Shown one piece after another: positions 17,362-27,596 of a stretch of DNA of 32,111 nucleotides; positions within the stretch are counted from its first letter, which is position 1, and every line of letters begins with the position of its first letter. A program made the translations under genes and the position numbers. The notes under the pieces were generated by a model. The model saw only the letters and a list, made by a program, of their open reading frames with translations. It searched no databases and was not told where the DNA came from. Source of the DNA: Pyrodictium delaneyi (GTDB taxonomy: Archaea > Thermoproteota > Thermoprotei_A > Sulfolobales > Pyrodictiaceae); assembly GCA_015661645.1 (NCBI GenBank), contig DQVR01000031.1:1-32111 (forward strand). Reading direction: 5' to 3'.

Positions 17362-17898
17362 ATGTCGTTCATATGGCGGCGTAGATTTAGTGATATATTC
17401 GACGAGATAGAGGAAATGATAAGGGAGATGGAGCGCCTAGCAATGAGTATGTTCGAGGAGTTCGAAACTAGAGCAATGCAGCTCCAGGGGAGGGGAGCCA
17501 GAGGCCCTATAGTCTATGGTGTAAGGATAACAATAGGGCCGGATGGCAAGCCTATCATAGAAGAGTTTGGCAACGTTAAAAGGCGCGGACGTAGAGCCAT
17601 AATAGAGGAGAGACTCGAGCCACTGGTCGATGTAATAGACGAAAAGGACAAAATAGTAGTAATAGCAGAAATACCTGGTGTAGAGAAGGATAAGATAGAT
17701 GTAAGGGTTAAGGACGGCAAACTTGTAATAAAGGCTGAAGACAAAGACAGAAAGTACTACAAAGAGATAGAGCTACCTCCAGGTATCAAACCGGAAACTG
17801 CAAAAGCTAAGTACAAGAATGGCGTACTAGAAGTGACGATAGAAAAAGAGAAGAAGGACGAAAAGGAGGAAGGCGGTCTTAAGATTAAGGTAGAGTAA
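17362..17898 (+). CDS. hsp20: Archaeal small heat shock protein Hsp20
   Basis: GPIVYGVRITIGPDGKPIIEEFGNV, AEIPGV, AKYKNGVLEV alpha-crystallin motifs. Confidence 0.95.
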   Translation: MSFIWRRRFSDIFDEIEEMIREMERLAMSMFEEFETRAMQLQGRGARGPIVYGVRITIGPDGKPIIEEFGNVKRRGRRAIIEERLEPLVDVIDEKDKIVVIAEIPGVEKDKIDVRVKDGKLVIKAEDKDRKYYKEIELPPGIKPETAKAKYKNGVLEVTIEKEKKDEKEEGGLKIKVE

Positions 17899-17923
17899 CG
17901 CGGCAACCCCTGGTCCACTTGTT

Positions 17924-18511
17924 TTAGTTGTCGGCTACTATATAGCCGAGCCTCGCTAGCTCATCCTTACTAACTGGCTCTGTTTTAGCCCTATCTGATA
18001 CAATTGCGCTTACACCTTCCGGGTCCACAATTACCAGGGTGAATTTTCGCTTACCCTCTTTTGCTTCTTCTATAGTCCTTCTCGCCCTCTCGCATGCGGA
18101 CCTATCGGCATCGGGATCGGCACATGCAACATCTATGGCCTCCAAAAATCTTTCAAGAACACCTTCAACAGTAGTTATGAAGCCTTCAGATGCAGGACCA
18201 GGTGTCATGCTCATTTCAAGCTCTGGTATGACTATTGACGCAGATGATGAGCGGACTACGAGTGCGTTAAGATCCTCGGGCCTCTCTACGTGTAGTATTA
18301 TCTTTCTAGGTTCATGTGCCTCAGCCAGCCTAACATCATTAAACTTGTAGTTACAGTTATTACATTTACCGGACGATAGAATAACCTTACCAACAACAGG
18401 CATGTCGTATAAATAGTCCTCAATCTTTAACGTAGTCTTCTTGCATGCAGGACATTGGACTACAGCTTCGTTTATCTTGATGGGCTCCTTTGCAGCTACA
18501 TAGTCGTTCAT
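17924..18511 (-). CDS. ZPR1-related zinc finger protein
   Basis: CPAC...CNNC, DLNALVVRS, IPEL, PGPASEGFITTVEGVL, DPEGVS. Confidence 0.93.
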   Translation of the reverse strand: MNDYVAAKEPIKINEAVVQCPACKKTTLKIEDYLYDMPVVGKVILSSGKCNNCNYKFNDVRLAEAHEPRKIILHVERPEDLNALVVRSSSASIVIPELEMSMTPGPASEGFITTVEGVLERFLEAIDVACADPDADRSACERARRTIEEAKEGKRKFTLVIVDPEGVSAIVSDRAKTEPVSKDELARLGYIVADN

Positions 18512-18720
18512 AGTGCTTCCCGGTATTGCTAAGATAGCGCTTCTGGTACTTGTTAACAGTATGCCCTCTAAGTCGACACGGGGGGATAAACAATGTAGTT
18601 AGCCGTTTAACCTCCATGTAGGACATGTTGTAGTCTAGTACATTGAGCTAGAATAATATTGCCGTTATGTTGTTGGTACTACCGGTGTGGCGTTAAATCA
18701 GATAACTTAAATATCTAAAG

Positions 18721-18749
18721 GATTTGTTATTAAGTACGTTATAACAATC
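18721..18749. promoter_or_regulatory. Inverted repeat (candidate operator) in AT-rich divergent promoter region
   Basis: TTGTTAT (18724-18730)-N10-ATAACAA (18741-18747). Confidence 0.45.
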
Positions 18750-18825
18750 GATTAAAAACTCTATTATAGTCTGGCTGGCTAGGCCATAATGTTATGGTAG
18801 GAGTGGCGTGTATGGTGTAGCCGAA

Positions 18826-19119
18826 ATGACTAGTAGGCAAAGAGTATATGATACCGGCAATGTGTTCGACGTGCCGGTGCCACCGCCAAAGAAAGTAGTA
18901 TCTATAAAGCTTGAAGTAGACATAATAGAAGAAATGGATCGTATATGGCGTTCCCTCGGATATGCTAGCAGGAGCGAATTCATAAGAGAAGCAATACTAT
19001 ACTATATGCAGGTAGTAACGTCTAACCAGGCTATGGCTAAGACATCGGTTATGGGTATTGTGCAAAAAGAAGGAGAACTAACAGAAACTACAATTGAGGA
19101 TGACATAGAAGATATATAA
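18826..19119 (+). CDS. Ribbon-helix-helix (CopG/NikR-N type) transcriptional regulator
   Basis: KVVSIKL...IIEEMDRIWRSLGYASRSEFIREAI; acidic tail; start at ATG 18826 after GGTG. Confidence 0.85.
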   Translation: MTSRQRVYDTGNVFDVPVPPPKKVVSIKLEVDIIEEMDRIWRSLGYASRSEFIREAILYYMQVVTSNQAMAKTSVMGIVQKEGELTETTIEDDIEDI

Positions 19120-19252
19120 CAATATAAGTTATACATATGGTAAATTGATAGATAGATATATGGATATTGCCGCTTAGCTGGCACACGGAAAGACGGTATT
19201 CGGCTCAGTAGCTAATAATAACGTGATAGCTCTAGCCAGAGTACTAGATGCG

Positions 19253-19663
19253 TTATTGCTCTTTCCTTTTGGCCCTTTCCTTCTCAACTATTCTTAGGAG
19301 CTCTTGCAGAGCTTCTTTAAATGCTGCAGAACATTTCTCGAAGTCCTCGATGACTCGCATAATAACTTTTCGTGGATCCTCCACATAGTAACGGTATCGT
19401 GGCCGCCCAACGCCAGCGCGTTTCTCTCTAGCCCTAGAGACGAATCCTATCTCGACTAGCTTGGATAGACTTCTATTTACGGTAGCTTTGCTTAGTCTTA
19501 GTTCTCTGGTAAGATCGTCAACTGTATACTCGCCTCCTCTAAGAAGCTCGAATAGTATTATTGCGTCTGTCTCGCTAAGGTCGTAGCAGAAGCGTAACCC
19601 CTCAACTAGCGCTGCTTCACGCCCGGTGGGTAGCCTTAGTCGAAATTCCAGTATGCCTGTCAC
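19253..19663 (-). CDS. Winged-helix transcriptional regulator (COG3355/TrmB-like)
   Basis: FCYDLSETD, TVDDLTREL-x-LSKATVNRSL-x-KL, GRPRYRY. Confidence 0.87.
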   Translation of the reverse strand: MTGILEFRLRLPTGREAALVEGLRFCYDLSETDAIILFELLRGGEYTVDDLTRELRLSKATVNRSLSKLVEIGFVSRAREKRAGVGRPRYRYYVEDPRKVIMRVIEDFEKCSAAFKEALQELLRIVEKERAKRKEQ

Positions 19664-19757
19664 TCTTCATCTCCCGCGCATTGCTTAGCAGTAATCCTAG
19701 TATATTTATTTTCAATCTTTTAGGCTTAAGTAATGATTATGTCTTATACTAGAGAAC

Positions 19758-20330
19758 TTATACTAGAGAAGAGATGTAGGGTGTGATTACGACCTCTACA
19801 GCTGCTGCTAGCAGGAGTAAGTAGACTATTACGGCTATGCCGGATAGCGCTTTCTTTGTTGCTTCTATATGTTGAATCCTGGCTATATGTGTGGCCGCTA
19901 TGGTTAGTCCTATAGATGATGCGTAGAAGAGTGCAAGCATCTCGAATATGCCGTGGGGAACTAGCAGTGCTAGGAACTTCTGCAAGGAGTCATGTGCGCT
20001 GAGCCATAAGGCGGCTAACGCCCCCACTATGTAGCCATTATAGGCTATTATTGCGAGCCCTGGTACAATGGCTATAGAGAATAGGACAAGTGTGAATGCC
20101 AATACTATGTTGTTAACGGCTATAAACACGTATCTGTGGAATACTGTGAGCTGCCCAATGTCTGTGAACTTCTCGAGTACGGATTGTAGTACACTGGTGC
20201 TTGGGGACATGAAGCCGGCTGTTATGCCAGCAAAGTAGATGGCCAGGTTGAATATGAAGGAGAGCTTTACTGCCCGGCTCCAGGGATCCCGTATCACGGC
20301 GATTCCCGGGCAAGACGATACAAGGGTCAA
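19758..20330 (-). CDS. SpoIIM-like (DUF95) membrane protein
   Basis: IAVNN, YNGYIVG, LVPHGIFEM, AAAVEVVITP; multiple TM helices. Confidence 0.85.
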   Translation of the reverse strand: MTLVSSCPGIAVIRDPWSRAVKLSFIFNLAIYFAGITAGFMSPSTSVLQSVLEKFTDIGQLTVFHRYVFIAVNNIVLAFTLVLFSIAIVPGLAIIAYNGYIVGALAALWLSAHDSLQKFLALLVPHGIFEMLALFYASSIGLTIAATHIARIQHIEATKKALSGIAVIVYLLLLAAAVEVVITPYISSLV

Positions 20331-20392
20331 GAGGGTAAGATAACTCTATCCTAGGCTTTAGCTGGTAGTAGAGCGTAGGGGAGTATAGACAG

Positions 20393-20462
20393 GGTAGTGA
20401 TGAGCGATTCCGGTCTGAGGCCTACAAGGGGGCCTGTGAAGAGCCGTGTGAGGGCTGAAATG
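20393..20462 (+). ncRNA. Box C/D guide sRNA (D guide antisense to tRNA-Val(CAC) anticodon loop)
   Basis: C GTGATGA 20397-20403, D' CTGA 20415-20418, C' GTGAAGA 20436-20442, D CTGA 20455-20458; D guide GCCGTGTGAGGG. Confidence 0.85.
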
Positions 20463-20554
20463 GGGTTAAAGACGCTATATGAGATAGCATCTTTGTTACT
20501 AATTAGGATAAGCTACGATTAGACGGCTACTTGGGAATTATCGTGGCCTAAGCC

Positions 20555-20633
20555 TGGGATGACGAGGCCCCTACCACCGAGCCCCGGAGTATGAAGTCTC
20601 TGGGGGATGAGCGAGTGGTCCTATTCCGACCGC
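20555..20633 (+). ncRNA. Box C/D guide sRNA
   Basis: C ATGACGA 20559-20565, D' CCGA 20577-20580, C' GGGATGA 20604-20610, D CCGA 20626-20629. D' guide GGCCCCTACC pairs with recalled 16S GGUAGGGGCC. Confidence 0.72.
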
Positions 20634-20714
20634 TAGTGGCAGTCAAGGCAATGCTGTTAGCAGCTACGCTATAAACCCGAGGCCGGCTGTGGTCTGTTGA
20701 AGGGTGTAGACACT

Positions 20715-21575
20715 ATGAAGCTTGTATTCGGCGATGCCCATGCACATAGCAGTCCGCTAGGTATGGGGGCTGCAGCTATAGCGAGGAAATTTGCGGAGAA
20801 AGGCGGCTGGTTCATGGCACTAGTCATGCTCCCACCATGGCATTATGGTCTCGGGATGCGCTCCGGCTTCGAGATGTATGTAAATGCTATAGACATACAT
20901 CTGAGAGAGTGTAGAGAAGCCCGTGAAGCTGGACTCCGTGTTGCATGTCTTGCAGGCTTTCATCCAGCAGAGGTGGATAAGCTGATATCAGCTGGGCTTT
21001 CTCCAGAAGATGTACTGAGTCTAGGACTACGTGTAGTAGAGTATGTGGCGAAGATGTGTAGACAGGGACTGCTAGACGGCATCGGCGAGGTAGGTAGACA
21101 GCACTATAGGACTATGCCGGAGAGAGTGGCGATAGCGTCAACTATAATGATTAGAGCGCTTGAGTATGCTCGCGACAATGATTGTATAGTGCACTTGCAC
21201 CTAGAGAATGCTGGACCTGTGACAGTGGATACTACTGCAAAACTTGTAGAGCTAGTGTCGGTTCCCAAGAATAGAGTATTGTTTCACCATGCGTCTACAC
21301 GTGTGGCAAGCCATGCTGCGGCTAGCGGCTACTGGGCCACGATAGCTGGTAAGAAGGAACTCATGAAAAGAGTATTTGAAGAGATAGGGGTGAAACATAT
21401 AATGATAGAGTCAGACTATATAGATGACCCTAAGCGTCCCTGCGTCTCGTCATGTCCATGGGAGATCATTGATAGGCAGCTAGAGCTGTTGAACAATGGC
21501 ATAGTAGATGAGAATGTGCTATATAGTGTTAACGTTGACAATATTGTAGAGTTTTACCGTGTTGAGCCACCCTAA
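20715..21575 (+). CDS. TatD-related metal-dependent hydrolase (COG1831)
   Basis: DAHAH, GFHPAE, GIGEVGRQHY, HLHLE, FHHA, IESDYIDDPKRP. Confidence 0.87.
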   Translation: MKLVFGDAHAHSSPLGMGAAAIARKFAEKGGWFMALVMLPPWHYGLGMRSGFEMYVNAIDIHLRECREAREAGLRVACLAGFHPAEVDKLISAGLSPEDVLSLGLRVVEYVAKMCRQGLLDGIGEVGRQHYRTMPERVAIASTIMIRALEYARDNDCIVHLHLENAGPVTVDTTAKLVELVSVPKNRVLFHHASTRVASHAAASGYWATIAGKKELMKRVFEEIGVKHIMIESDYIDDPKRPCVSSCPWEIIDRQLELLNNGIVDENVLYSVNVDNIVEFYRVEPP

Positions 21576-22888
21576 GAGCCCGCCATCATCACCTTAAGCG
21601 CTTCTTCCCTATCTAGCTTAGTGGCGACCATGTAGCTTTCTGACAGCGCTCTTAGGTCCGGGTTATTGCCATATATCATGACGGTGTGGAGCCTAGCGTT
21701 AGCCCTTGCTAGTGCCCTGCGTACAGTGTCTATAGCAACCCGGTCCTCACCATCAGTTATCAGTATTATATCAGAGACTTTTGTTGTCGCAGGCCGTGAC
21801 ATTATATCGCTTACTGCTGTTAGTATGGCTCGTGTGATGTCTGTACCACCATTTGCCCTTATCTTGGCAATGTACTCCAATAGCTTGACCACATCTCTTC
21901 CATGTATCCTCTTAGATATATAGAAGGGAGGATACGGTATACTGTCGAAGAACCTTAGGTAGAATTCTCTTCTCTCCCTTACAGCTCTCTGTGCTAGGGC
22001 GAGCGCGACAGCTTTAGCCCAAATTATCTTCATCCCCATCATGCTGCCGCTCTTGTCTAATAACACGTAGAACTTGCCATAATCCTCGTTGACGACCTTT
22101 CGGTATAACAGTAGGTTGCGCTCAGCAAATTTCACTAGGAAGAGTTCGTAGGGGAGAGCAAGTTCGCTTGCAGTAACACGCTCTATATCGCTGCCGAGCT
22201 CGTATCCGTCTAGCTCTCCTCGGGGGCTCTGTATCTTTTTAGACTTTATGTATGCCTCAGAACTCTCTATAGTCTTAAGAGCTTCGAGTAGCATATGTAC
22301 GTCGGTATTCCGCGCGAGGTTTATGACGTCCTTTATGACGTCGTCTAGGGTAAGCACAGATGTACTTCCAGCGGCAAACCTCATAGCCAGATTGGCTATC
22401 TCCTTCGCTTGGCGTGCAACCTCCTTTGTAGACTCTAATGCTTTCTCAACGCTCCGCTCTATGTCCATGACTTCCTGGCTGTTACTGCTCTCTGGGCCTG
22501 CTTTACTTTGCGTGGATGCATCGCCACCCTGGTGATGCGGCATTTTGTTCATCTCTTGTGCGAGTGCCTCAAGGAATACAGCAGACGCGACCATACTAGT
22601 AGTAGTATCGGCTATTGTGTGCTTCTTTATTTCCGACAGCCTGGATGAGGCTAGCATCTTAGATGCTACCAAGTAGTGTAATAGCGTCTTTTTATCGCTT
22701 GTGTTAGGCTTCCTAAGTATAGGATATGGGAGGAAAAGCGAGTAATACACAGTTATAGCGAAATTAGTATCAAGGTAATCTGGTGTCTTAACGGGCTCGG
22801 GGAGCAGTTTACGGAGTAACGCTATAATGCGCTCTCCTCTGTACCTTATTGGAGGATCATTGTAGTTTACCCCTTTCAGCACAACCAT
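21572..22888 (-). CDS. VWA domain protein (ViaA/COG2425-like)
   Basis: MIDAS LLDKSGSM, GGTDITRA, ILITDGED; start at ATG 22888, 4 nt after the MoxR stop. Confidence 0.9.
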   Translation of the reverse strand: MVVLKGVNYNDPPIRYRGERIIALLRKLLPEPVKTPDYLDTNFAITVYYSLFLPYPILRKPNTSDKKTLLHYLVASKMLASSRLSEIKKHTIADTTTSMVASAVFLEALAQEMNKMPHHQGGDASTQSKAGPESSNSQEVMDIERSVEKALESTKEVARQAKEIANLAMRFAAGSTSVLTLDDVIKDVINLARNTDVHMLLEALKTIESSEAYIKSKKIQSPRGELDGYELGSDIERVTASELALPYELFLVKFAERNLLLYRKVVNEDYGKFYVLLDKSGSMMGMKIIWAKAVALALAQRAVRERREFYLRFFDSIPYPPFYISKRIHGRDVVKLLEYIAKIRANGGTDITRAILTAVSDIMSRPATTKVSDIILITDGEDRVAIDTVRRALARANARLHTVMIYGNNPDLRALSESYMVATKLDREEALKVMMAGS

Positions 22889-22892
22889 AGTC

Positions 22893-24059
22893 TTACATCC
22901 CCAGCTTGTAAGAGATCTTCTCCAGGAGTTCATCAATACCATGGAGGGTTTCATCGGCTAGCATCCTCACACGTTCGTCATCAGTCTCTTTCAGTATATT
23001 TAATATCCTACTTTTTGCTATTTTCAAGCTCCGGAAGAGGTCAACGAGACGTGGATCATAGCTCCTCATGGAGTCTACCAGTCTTGCTGCTTCCCTAACG
23101 TTGGCCTTTATATCGTTCAACTCCTTTATAAAGCGTTCTGGCATGCGCAGCTCCTCGGATAGTACAATACTCACCTTGTCGAAGTCTTCTATGTCCCTTG
23201 GAGCTATATACTTGAGAACTATGAGATCGCGTTCCTCAGCCCTTGTCCTACCCTCCAGTAATGCATTAGCCGCTATTACTTTGAGAGACTTCGCCTTACG
23301 TCTATCGGTCAAATGTAGCCCTCTCTCCTCGAGGACAGCGAATATACGCAGAAGCTTTGGCTTGATGGTGGCTATGTCAACGCTGAATACCAGCTTATGT
23401 ATCTCGGCTAGAGTTTTCATGTCCAAGACCGGCTGCACCGATGGTACCTTACCGGATTCTATCCGCCACCCGGCATCTAGTAGTTCACCCCACTTGTTCT
23501 CTGGGAGCGGTCTAGCGTATTGCCTCACAAGGAATCTATCATAGACTGCTTCTAGCTCGGGCTCCTCCGGTACTCTGTTTGTGGCGCCTATCATAGTCCA
23601 GAGAGGTACTCTAACCTCTGTATAGCCGTCATACCACACGCGCTCCTGCATTATACTCAGTAGAGCGTTGAGTACGGCTGAGTTTGCGTTGAACACTTCA
23701 TCTAGGAATACTATCTCGGCCTCTGGCATCTTGCCTCGAGTTATCCTAACATATTTTCCTTCTCGGAGGGCGTTTAGATCCAAAGGGCCAAAGAGTTCGC
23801 TTGGCTCAGTGTATTTTGTGAGAAGATATTTGAAGAATTTCGCGCTTATCAGTTCTGCACTACGCCTGGCTAGAGCAGACTTGGCTGTGCCAGGCTCGCC
23901 TATTAGTACTACGTGTTCCCGGGCTATTATTGCTAGAGTAATTGCACGTGCTTCCTCTTCTCTACCTATAAACGGCTCGGCTAATACTTCGTAGAACTTG
24001 CGTATACGTTCTAGTAAGTGAGATGTAGTAGCATTACCCGGCAAATTGCTGCTGCCCAA
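22893..24059 (-). CDS. MoxR family AAA+ ATPase (RavA-like)
   Basis: Walker A GEPGTAKS, TEPSELFGP, Walker B VFLDEVF, ATN, DRF, TDRR. Confidence 0.92.
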   Translation of the reverse strand: MGSSNLPGNATTSHLLERIRKFYEVLAEPFIGREEEARAITLAIIAREHVVLIGEPGTAKSALARRSAELISAKFFKYLLTKYTEPSELFGPLDLNALREGKYVRITRGKMPEAEIVFLDEVFNANSAVLNALLSIMQERVWYDGYTEVRVPLWTMIGATNRVPEEPELEAVYDRFLVRQYARPLPENKWGELLDAGWRIESGKVPSVQPVLDMKTLAEIHKLVFSVDIATIKPKLLRIFAVLEERGLHLTDRRKAKSLKVIAANALLEGRTRAEERDLIVLKYIAPRDIEDFDKVSIVLSEELRMPERFIKELNDIKANVREAARLVDSMRSYDPRLVDLFRSLKIAKSRILNILKETDDERVRMLADETLHGIDELLEKISYKLGM

Positions 24060-24129
24060 GGAATACAGCTCTCACATAGTCAAGGGAAAATATCTACCGC
24101 TCCTACGCTAGTCTGCCTTCAGAACAAAT

Positions 24130-24206
24130 GGGGCGGCTGGTTAGGAGGAGCCCGGTTTTCAGCTGAAGAGATGACGAGGAGTTGCTCTGCCGATGCCAGC
24201 CGCCCC
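24130..24206 (+). ncRNA. Box C/D guide sRNA with 11-bp terminal stem
   Basis: Stem GGGGCGGCTGG (24130-24140)/CCAGCCGCCCC (24196-24206); C AGGAGGA 24143-24149, D' CTGA 24163-24166, C' ATGACGA 24171-24177, D CCGA 24190-24193. Confidence 0.75.
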
Positions 24207-24303
24207 GCTGATAGGTCGGCATAGCGTAGATGTACTATGGAGAATACCCATACAATGTGTCTTAACTATTATACTATTTCATGCTGATACTACTCTTTGT
24301 CTG

Positions 24304-24369
24304 TGGGTCGGTAACCGGTGCACTCTTCACCGCATATGGCTCACGAGACGGGGTTTGTCCTCATCCCCG
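24304..24369 (-). ncRNA. Box C/D guide sRNA
   Basis: Minus strand: C ATGAGGA (24364-24358), D' GTGA (24344-24341), C' GTGAAGA (24330-24324), D CCGA (24311-24308), GGG/CCC stem; 13- and 12-nt guides. Confidence 0.72.
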
Positions 24370-24436
24370 TACTTTAGCGCAGGAGCTTGTAAAACTAAAT
24401 AGCTCTAAAAGCAGTATCCAGCCGTGCCAGCTTTAT

Positions 24437-24502
24437 GGGATGATGAGGATTGCACGTCGATAAGCCAAGAGGGCTATGATTGGCCTCCACCGGTTCTGAC
24501 CC
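24437..24502 (+). ncRNA. Box C/D guide sRNA
   Basis: C ATGATGA 24440-24446, D' TCGA 24457-24460, C' ATGATTG 24476-24482, D CTGA 24496-24499, GGG/CCC stem. Confidence 0.75.
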
Positions 24503-24617
24503 TTGGCCCTTTGTCTAACAGGCTATCAGTGTCGTGCAGCAGGGATATATGATGCCAGATTAGGCCGGGTTAAATACCAGGGGACTGCGAGTCTAGAATT
24601 ATGTGGAGGTGTCCCTT

Positions 24618-24986
24618 TTGTCTCAGTCTGGAAACGTAGCAGAAAGGCTTAGAGAGTGCATGTCTTATAGAGTTGATGGGCCATACATAGTTATCGTGAA
24701 TAATTGCAAAGAACAGGTGAAGCTAAGGGCTATTGAAGTAAAGTACTATGTTAATGTGGCTAGGAGTGAGGTGCCAACCAGCGACCTCGAGGTGCAGACT
24801 GTTAGAAAGGAGATAACAGAGCGTATGACTGTCGATAAGCATGTTGAACCCGGCTCTAGACTCGAAGTATACTTCGGCCCTATAGAGAACATAGACGAAG
24901 TCTACGCTGTGATAGACTACGACGATGAGCAGTACAGAGTACGGCTAGAGTACGTCGCCGAGGAGTCGGCCGAAGTAAGCCGGTAA
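24618..24986 (+). CDS. Hypothetical protein (beta-rich)
   Basis: TTG start after a strong GGAGGTG RBS; 122 aa. Confidence 0.72.
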   Translation: MSQSGNVAERLRECMSYRVDGPYIVIVNNCKEQVKLRAIEVKYYVNVARSEVPTSDLEVQTVRKEITERMTVDKHVEPGSRLEVYFGPIENIDEVYAVIDYDDEQYRVRLEYVAEESAEVSR

Positions 24987-25132
24987 AGCAGCTCTACACG
25001 GTAGTACTGGCTATGGGTACAACGTTTTACACACCCTAATTTTATAACAAGTGATATAGCTTTCTAGCATAGTTTACACTGTTTAAAGGTTTATATGTGT
25101 CCACTGGGTGCAAAGAGGCACGGTATGGTGCC

Positions 25133-27538
25133 ATGGCCGAGCAGAGGCCACTAATTATTTGGATTGAGAACCTGCGTGCCAAGGATGTGGAGCTAGCTGG
25201 TGGTAAAGGCGCTAATCTCGGTGAACTCGTTGCCGCGGGCGTCCCGGTCCCGCCGGGCTTTGTCGTAACCACAGAGGCTTACTGGCGCTTCATGAGGGAA
25301 ACGGGGCTCTGGGAGAAGATTAGTAATCTCCTTAAAAGCCTGGATGTAAACGATACAAAGGCTCTGGAAGAAACAAGTAGAAAAATAAGAGAGACTATAC
25401 TCTCCGCAGGGGTCCCCGACGAGATAGCCTCGGCTATAAAGAACTCCTACATCGAGCTAGCTAAGCGCGTTGGCGTGGACGAGCCTCTTGTCGCTGTGAG
25501 AAGCAGTGCTTCGGCGGAAGATCTCCCGGAGGCGAGTTTCGCGGGCCAGCAAGACACCTACCTCAATGTTAAGGGCGCGGACGCAGTAGTCGAGAAAGTT
25601 AAGGCGTGCTGGGCAAGTCTCTTCACGGCGCGTGCTATATTCTACCGAACGCAGCAGGGCATAGACCATTCCAAGGTAGGCATGGCGGTAGTCGTCCAGA
25701 AGATGGTCAATTCTCGCTCCGCGGGCGTAATGTTCACGATACACCCGGCTACCGGGGACCCGAACGTTATAGTCATAGAGTCTAGCTGGGGTCTTGGCGA
25801 GGCAGTCGTAGGTGGAAAGGTTACTCCAGACGAATTCATAATAGATAAAAAGACCCTCGAAATAGTAGAGAAGAAGATAAATCCCAAGAACATAATGATA
25901 ACCTATGACCCGGAGCGTGGCGAGAACGTAGAGATAAAGCTGTCAAGGGACAAGGCTCTGGCTCCAAGTCTTAGCGACGAGGAGGCGAAGATACTAGCTA
26001 AGTATGGGCTCCAGATAGAGGAACACTACGGTAGTCCTATGGACATAGAATGGGCTATCGATAAGGACATTGATCCTCCAGACAACATATTCATAGTGCA
26101 GGCGCGGCATGAGACTGTTTGGAGCAAGCAGCTAAAGGAGGGCAAGCTAGAGAAGGCAGAGACAGTTACTGAGACAGAGGGTAGTGGTAAGGTCCTCGTC
26201 CGCGGCCTGCCAGCGAGTCCTGGTGTCGCAACTGGCGTAGCTAGAGTGATACTTAACCCACGCAGCCCAGAGGCACAACAGTTCAAGGAAGGCGACATCC
26301 TCGTAACAAAGATGACAGATCCCGACTGGGTACCTCTAATGAAGAAGGCTGCAGCCATAGTTACCGACGAGGGCGGTATGACGAGCCACGCTGCTATAGT
26401 GTCCCGCGAGCTTGGCATACCGGCTGTCGTCGGTACGGGCAACGCTACACAGGTAATTAAGACTGGAATGCTGGTGACAGTTGATGGAAGCCGCGGCGTC
26501 GTGTATGAGGGTAAAGTAGAGATAGGCAAGAAGAGGGAAAAGGAGGAAGTAGCTGCAGCCGGGATAAGTGCTGAGGCGCTCCGCGACCTCTATCCAGTCA
26601 CGGGTACAAAGATATACATGAACCTGGGCGAGCCCGACGTTATAGACAAGTATGTTGACCTGCCATTTGACGGTATAGGTCTTATGAGGATAGAGTTCAT
26701 ACTCACTGATTGGATAGGGTATCACCCGCTATACCTACTGGAGACCGGTAAGGCAAACTTCTTCGTACAGAAGCTAGCTGATGGTATAGCTAAGGTAGCT
26801 AGTGCTATATATCCGCGGCCGGTGGTGGTGAGGTTTAGTGACTTCAAGACAAACGAATACCGCGGGCTCCGTGGAGGCGATAAGTACGAGCCTGAAGAGC
26901 GGAACCCTATGATAGGCTGGCGTGGCGTATCCAGGTATATTCACCCTGCATACGAGAAGGCGTTCAGGCTAGAGGTGCAGGCCATAAGGAAGGTCAGAGA
27001 CGAAATGGGGCTAAAGAACGTATGGGTAATGCTGCCGTTCGTCAGAACGACGTGGGAGATAGAAAAGGTGCTGGACATAATGGCTGAAGAGGGGTTAGAA
27101 AGAGGCAAGGACTTCAAGGTATGGATAATGGCTGAGGTTCCTAGCGTAGTTCTACTTGCAGACGAGTTTGCAAAGCTAGTGGATGGCTTCAGTATAGGAA
27201 GTAATGATCTAACACAGCTGGTCCTCGGAGTGGATAGAGACTCCCAGTTACTCGCTGGCATGGGCTACTTCGATGAGCGTGATCCAGCAGTCCTCAATGC
27301 TATAAAGATGTTGATAGATGCCGCTCATCGACATGGTCGTACAGTTTCCATATGTGGGCAGGCCCCTAGCGTGTATCCAGAGATAGTAGAGTTCCTTGTG
27401 GCGAACGGCATTGACAGTATAAGTGTGAACCCAGACGCGGTGATACCGACAAGAAGGCTGGTAGCGTCGATAGAGAGAAAGATAATGTTGCGTAGGCTCG
27501 AGGCAATAGAAAAAATGTTAAGGAAACTGGATATATAA
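25133..27538 (+). CDS. ppsA: Phosphoenolpyruvate synthase (pyruvate, water dikinase)
   Basis: [32 protein letters not shown] phospho-His motif, [24 protein letters not shown]. Confidence 0.97.
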   Translation: MAEQRPLIIWIENLRAKDVELAGGKGANLGELVAAGVPVPPGFVVTTEAYWRFMRETGLWEKISNLLKSLDVNDTKALEETSRKIRETILSAGVPDEIASAIKNSYIELAKRVGVDEPLVAVRSSASAEDLPEASFAGQQDTYLNVKGADAVVEKVKACWASLFTARAIFYRTQQGIDHSKVGMAVVVQKMVNSRSAGVMFTIHPATGDPNVIVIESSWGLGEAVVGGKVTPDEFIIDKKTLEIVEKKINPKNIMITYDPERGENVEIKLSRDKALAPSLSDEEAKILAKYGLQIEEHYGSPMDIEWAIDKDIDPPDNIFIVQARHETVWSKQLKEGKLEKAETVTETEGSGKVLVRGLPASPGVATGVARVILNPRSPEAQQFKEGDILVTKMTDPDWVPLMKKAAAIVTDEGGMTSHAAIVSRELGIPAVVGTGNATQVIKTGMLVTVDGSRGVVYEGKVEIGKKREKEEVAAAGISAEALRDLYPVTGTKIYMNLGEPDVIDKYVDLPFDGIGLMRIEFILTDWIGYHPLYLLETGKANFFVQKLADGIAKVASAIYPRPVVVRFSDFKTNEYRGLRGGDKYEPEERNPMIGWRGVSRYIHPAYEKAFRLEVQAIRKVRDEMGLKNVWVMLPFVRTTWEIEKVLDIMAEEGLERGKDFKVWIMAEVPSVVLLADEFAKLVDGFSIGSNDLTQLVLGVDRDSQLLAGMGYFDERDPAVLNAIKMLIDAAHRHGRTVSICGQAPSVYPEIVEFLVANGIDSISVNPDAVIPTRRLVASIERKIMLRRLEAIEKMLRKLDI

Positions 27539-27596
27539 AACAATTATCTAATTAAAAATAATATTGCGATGTAGTTTAGTTTTGGTTACTTACTGG

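Noticed and set aside
24018-24463. Three short plus-strand ORFs (60-69 aa)
   Set aside because: They coincide with the sRNA cluster and look like shadow ORFs
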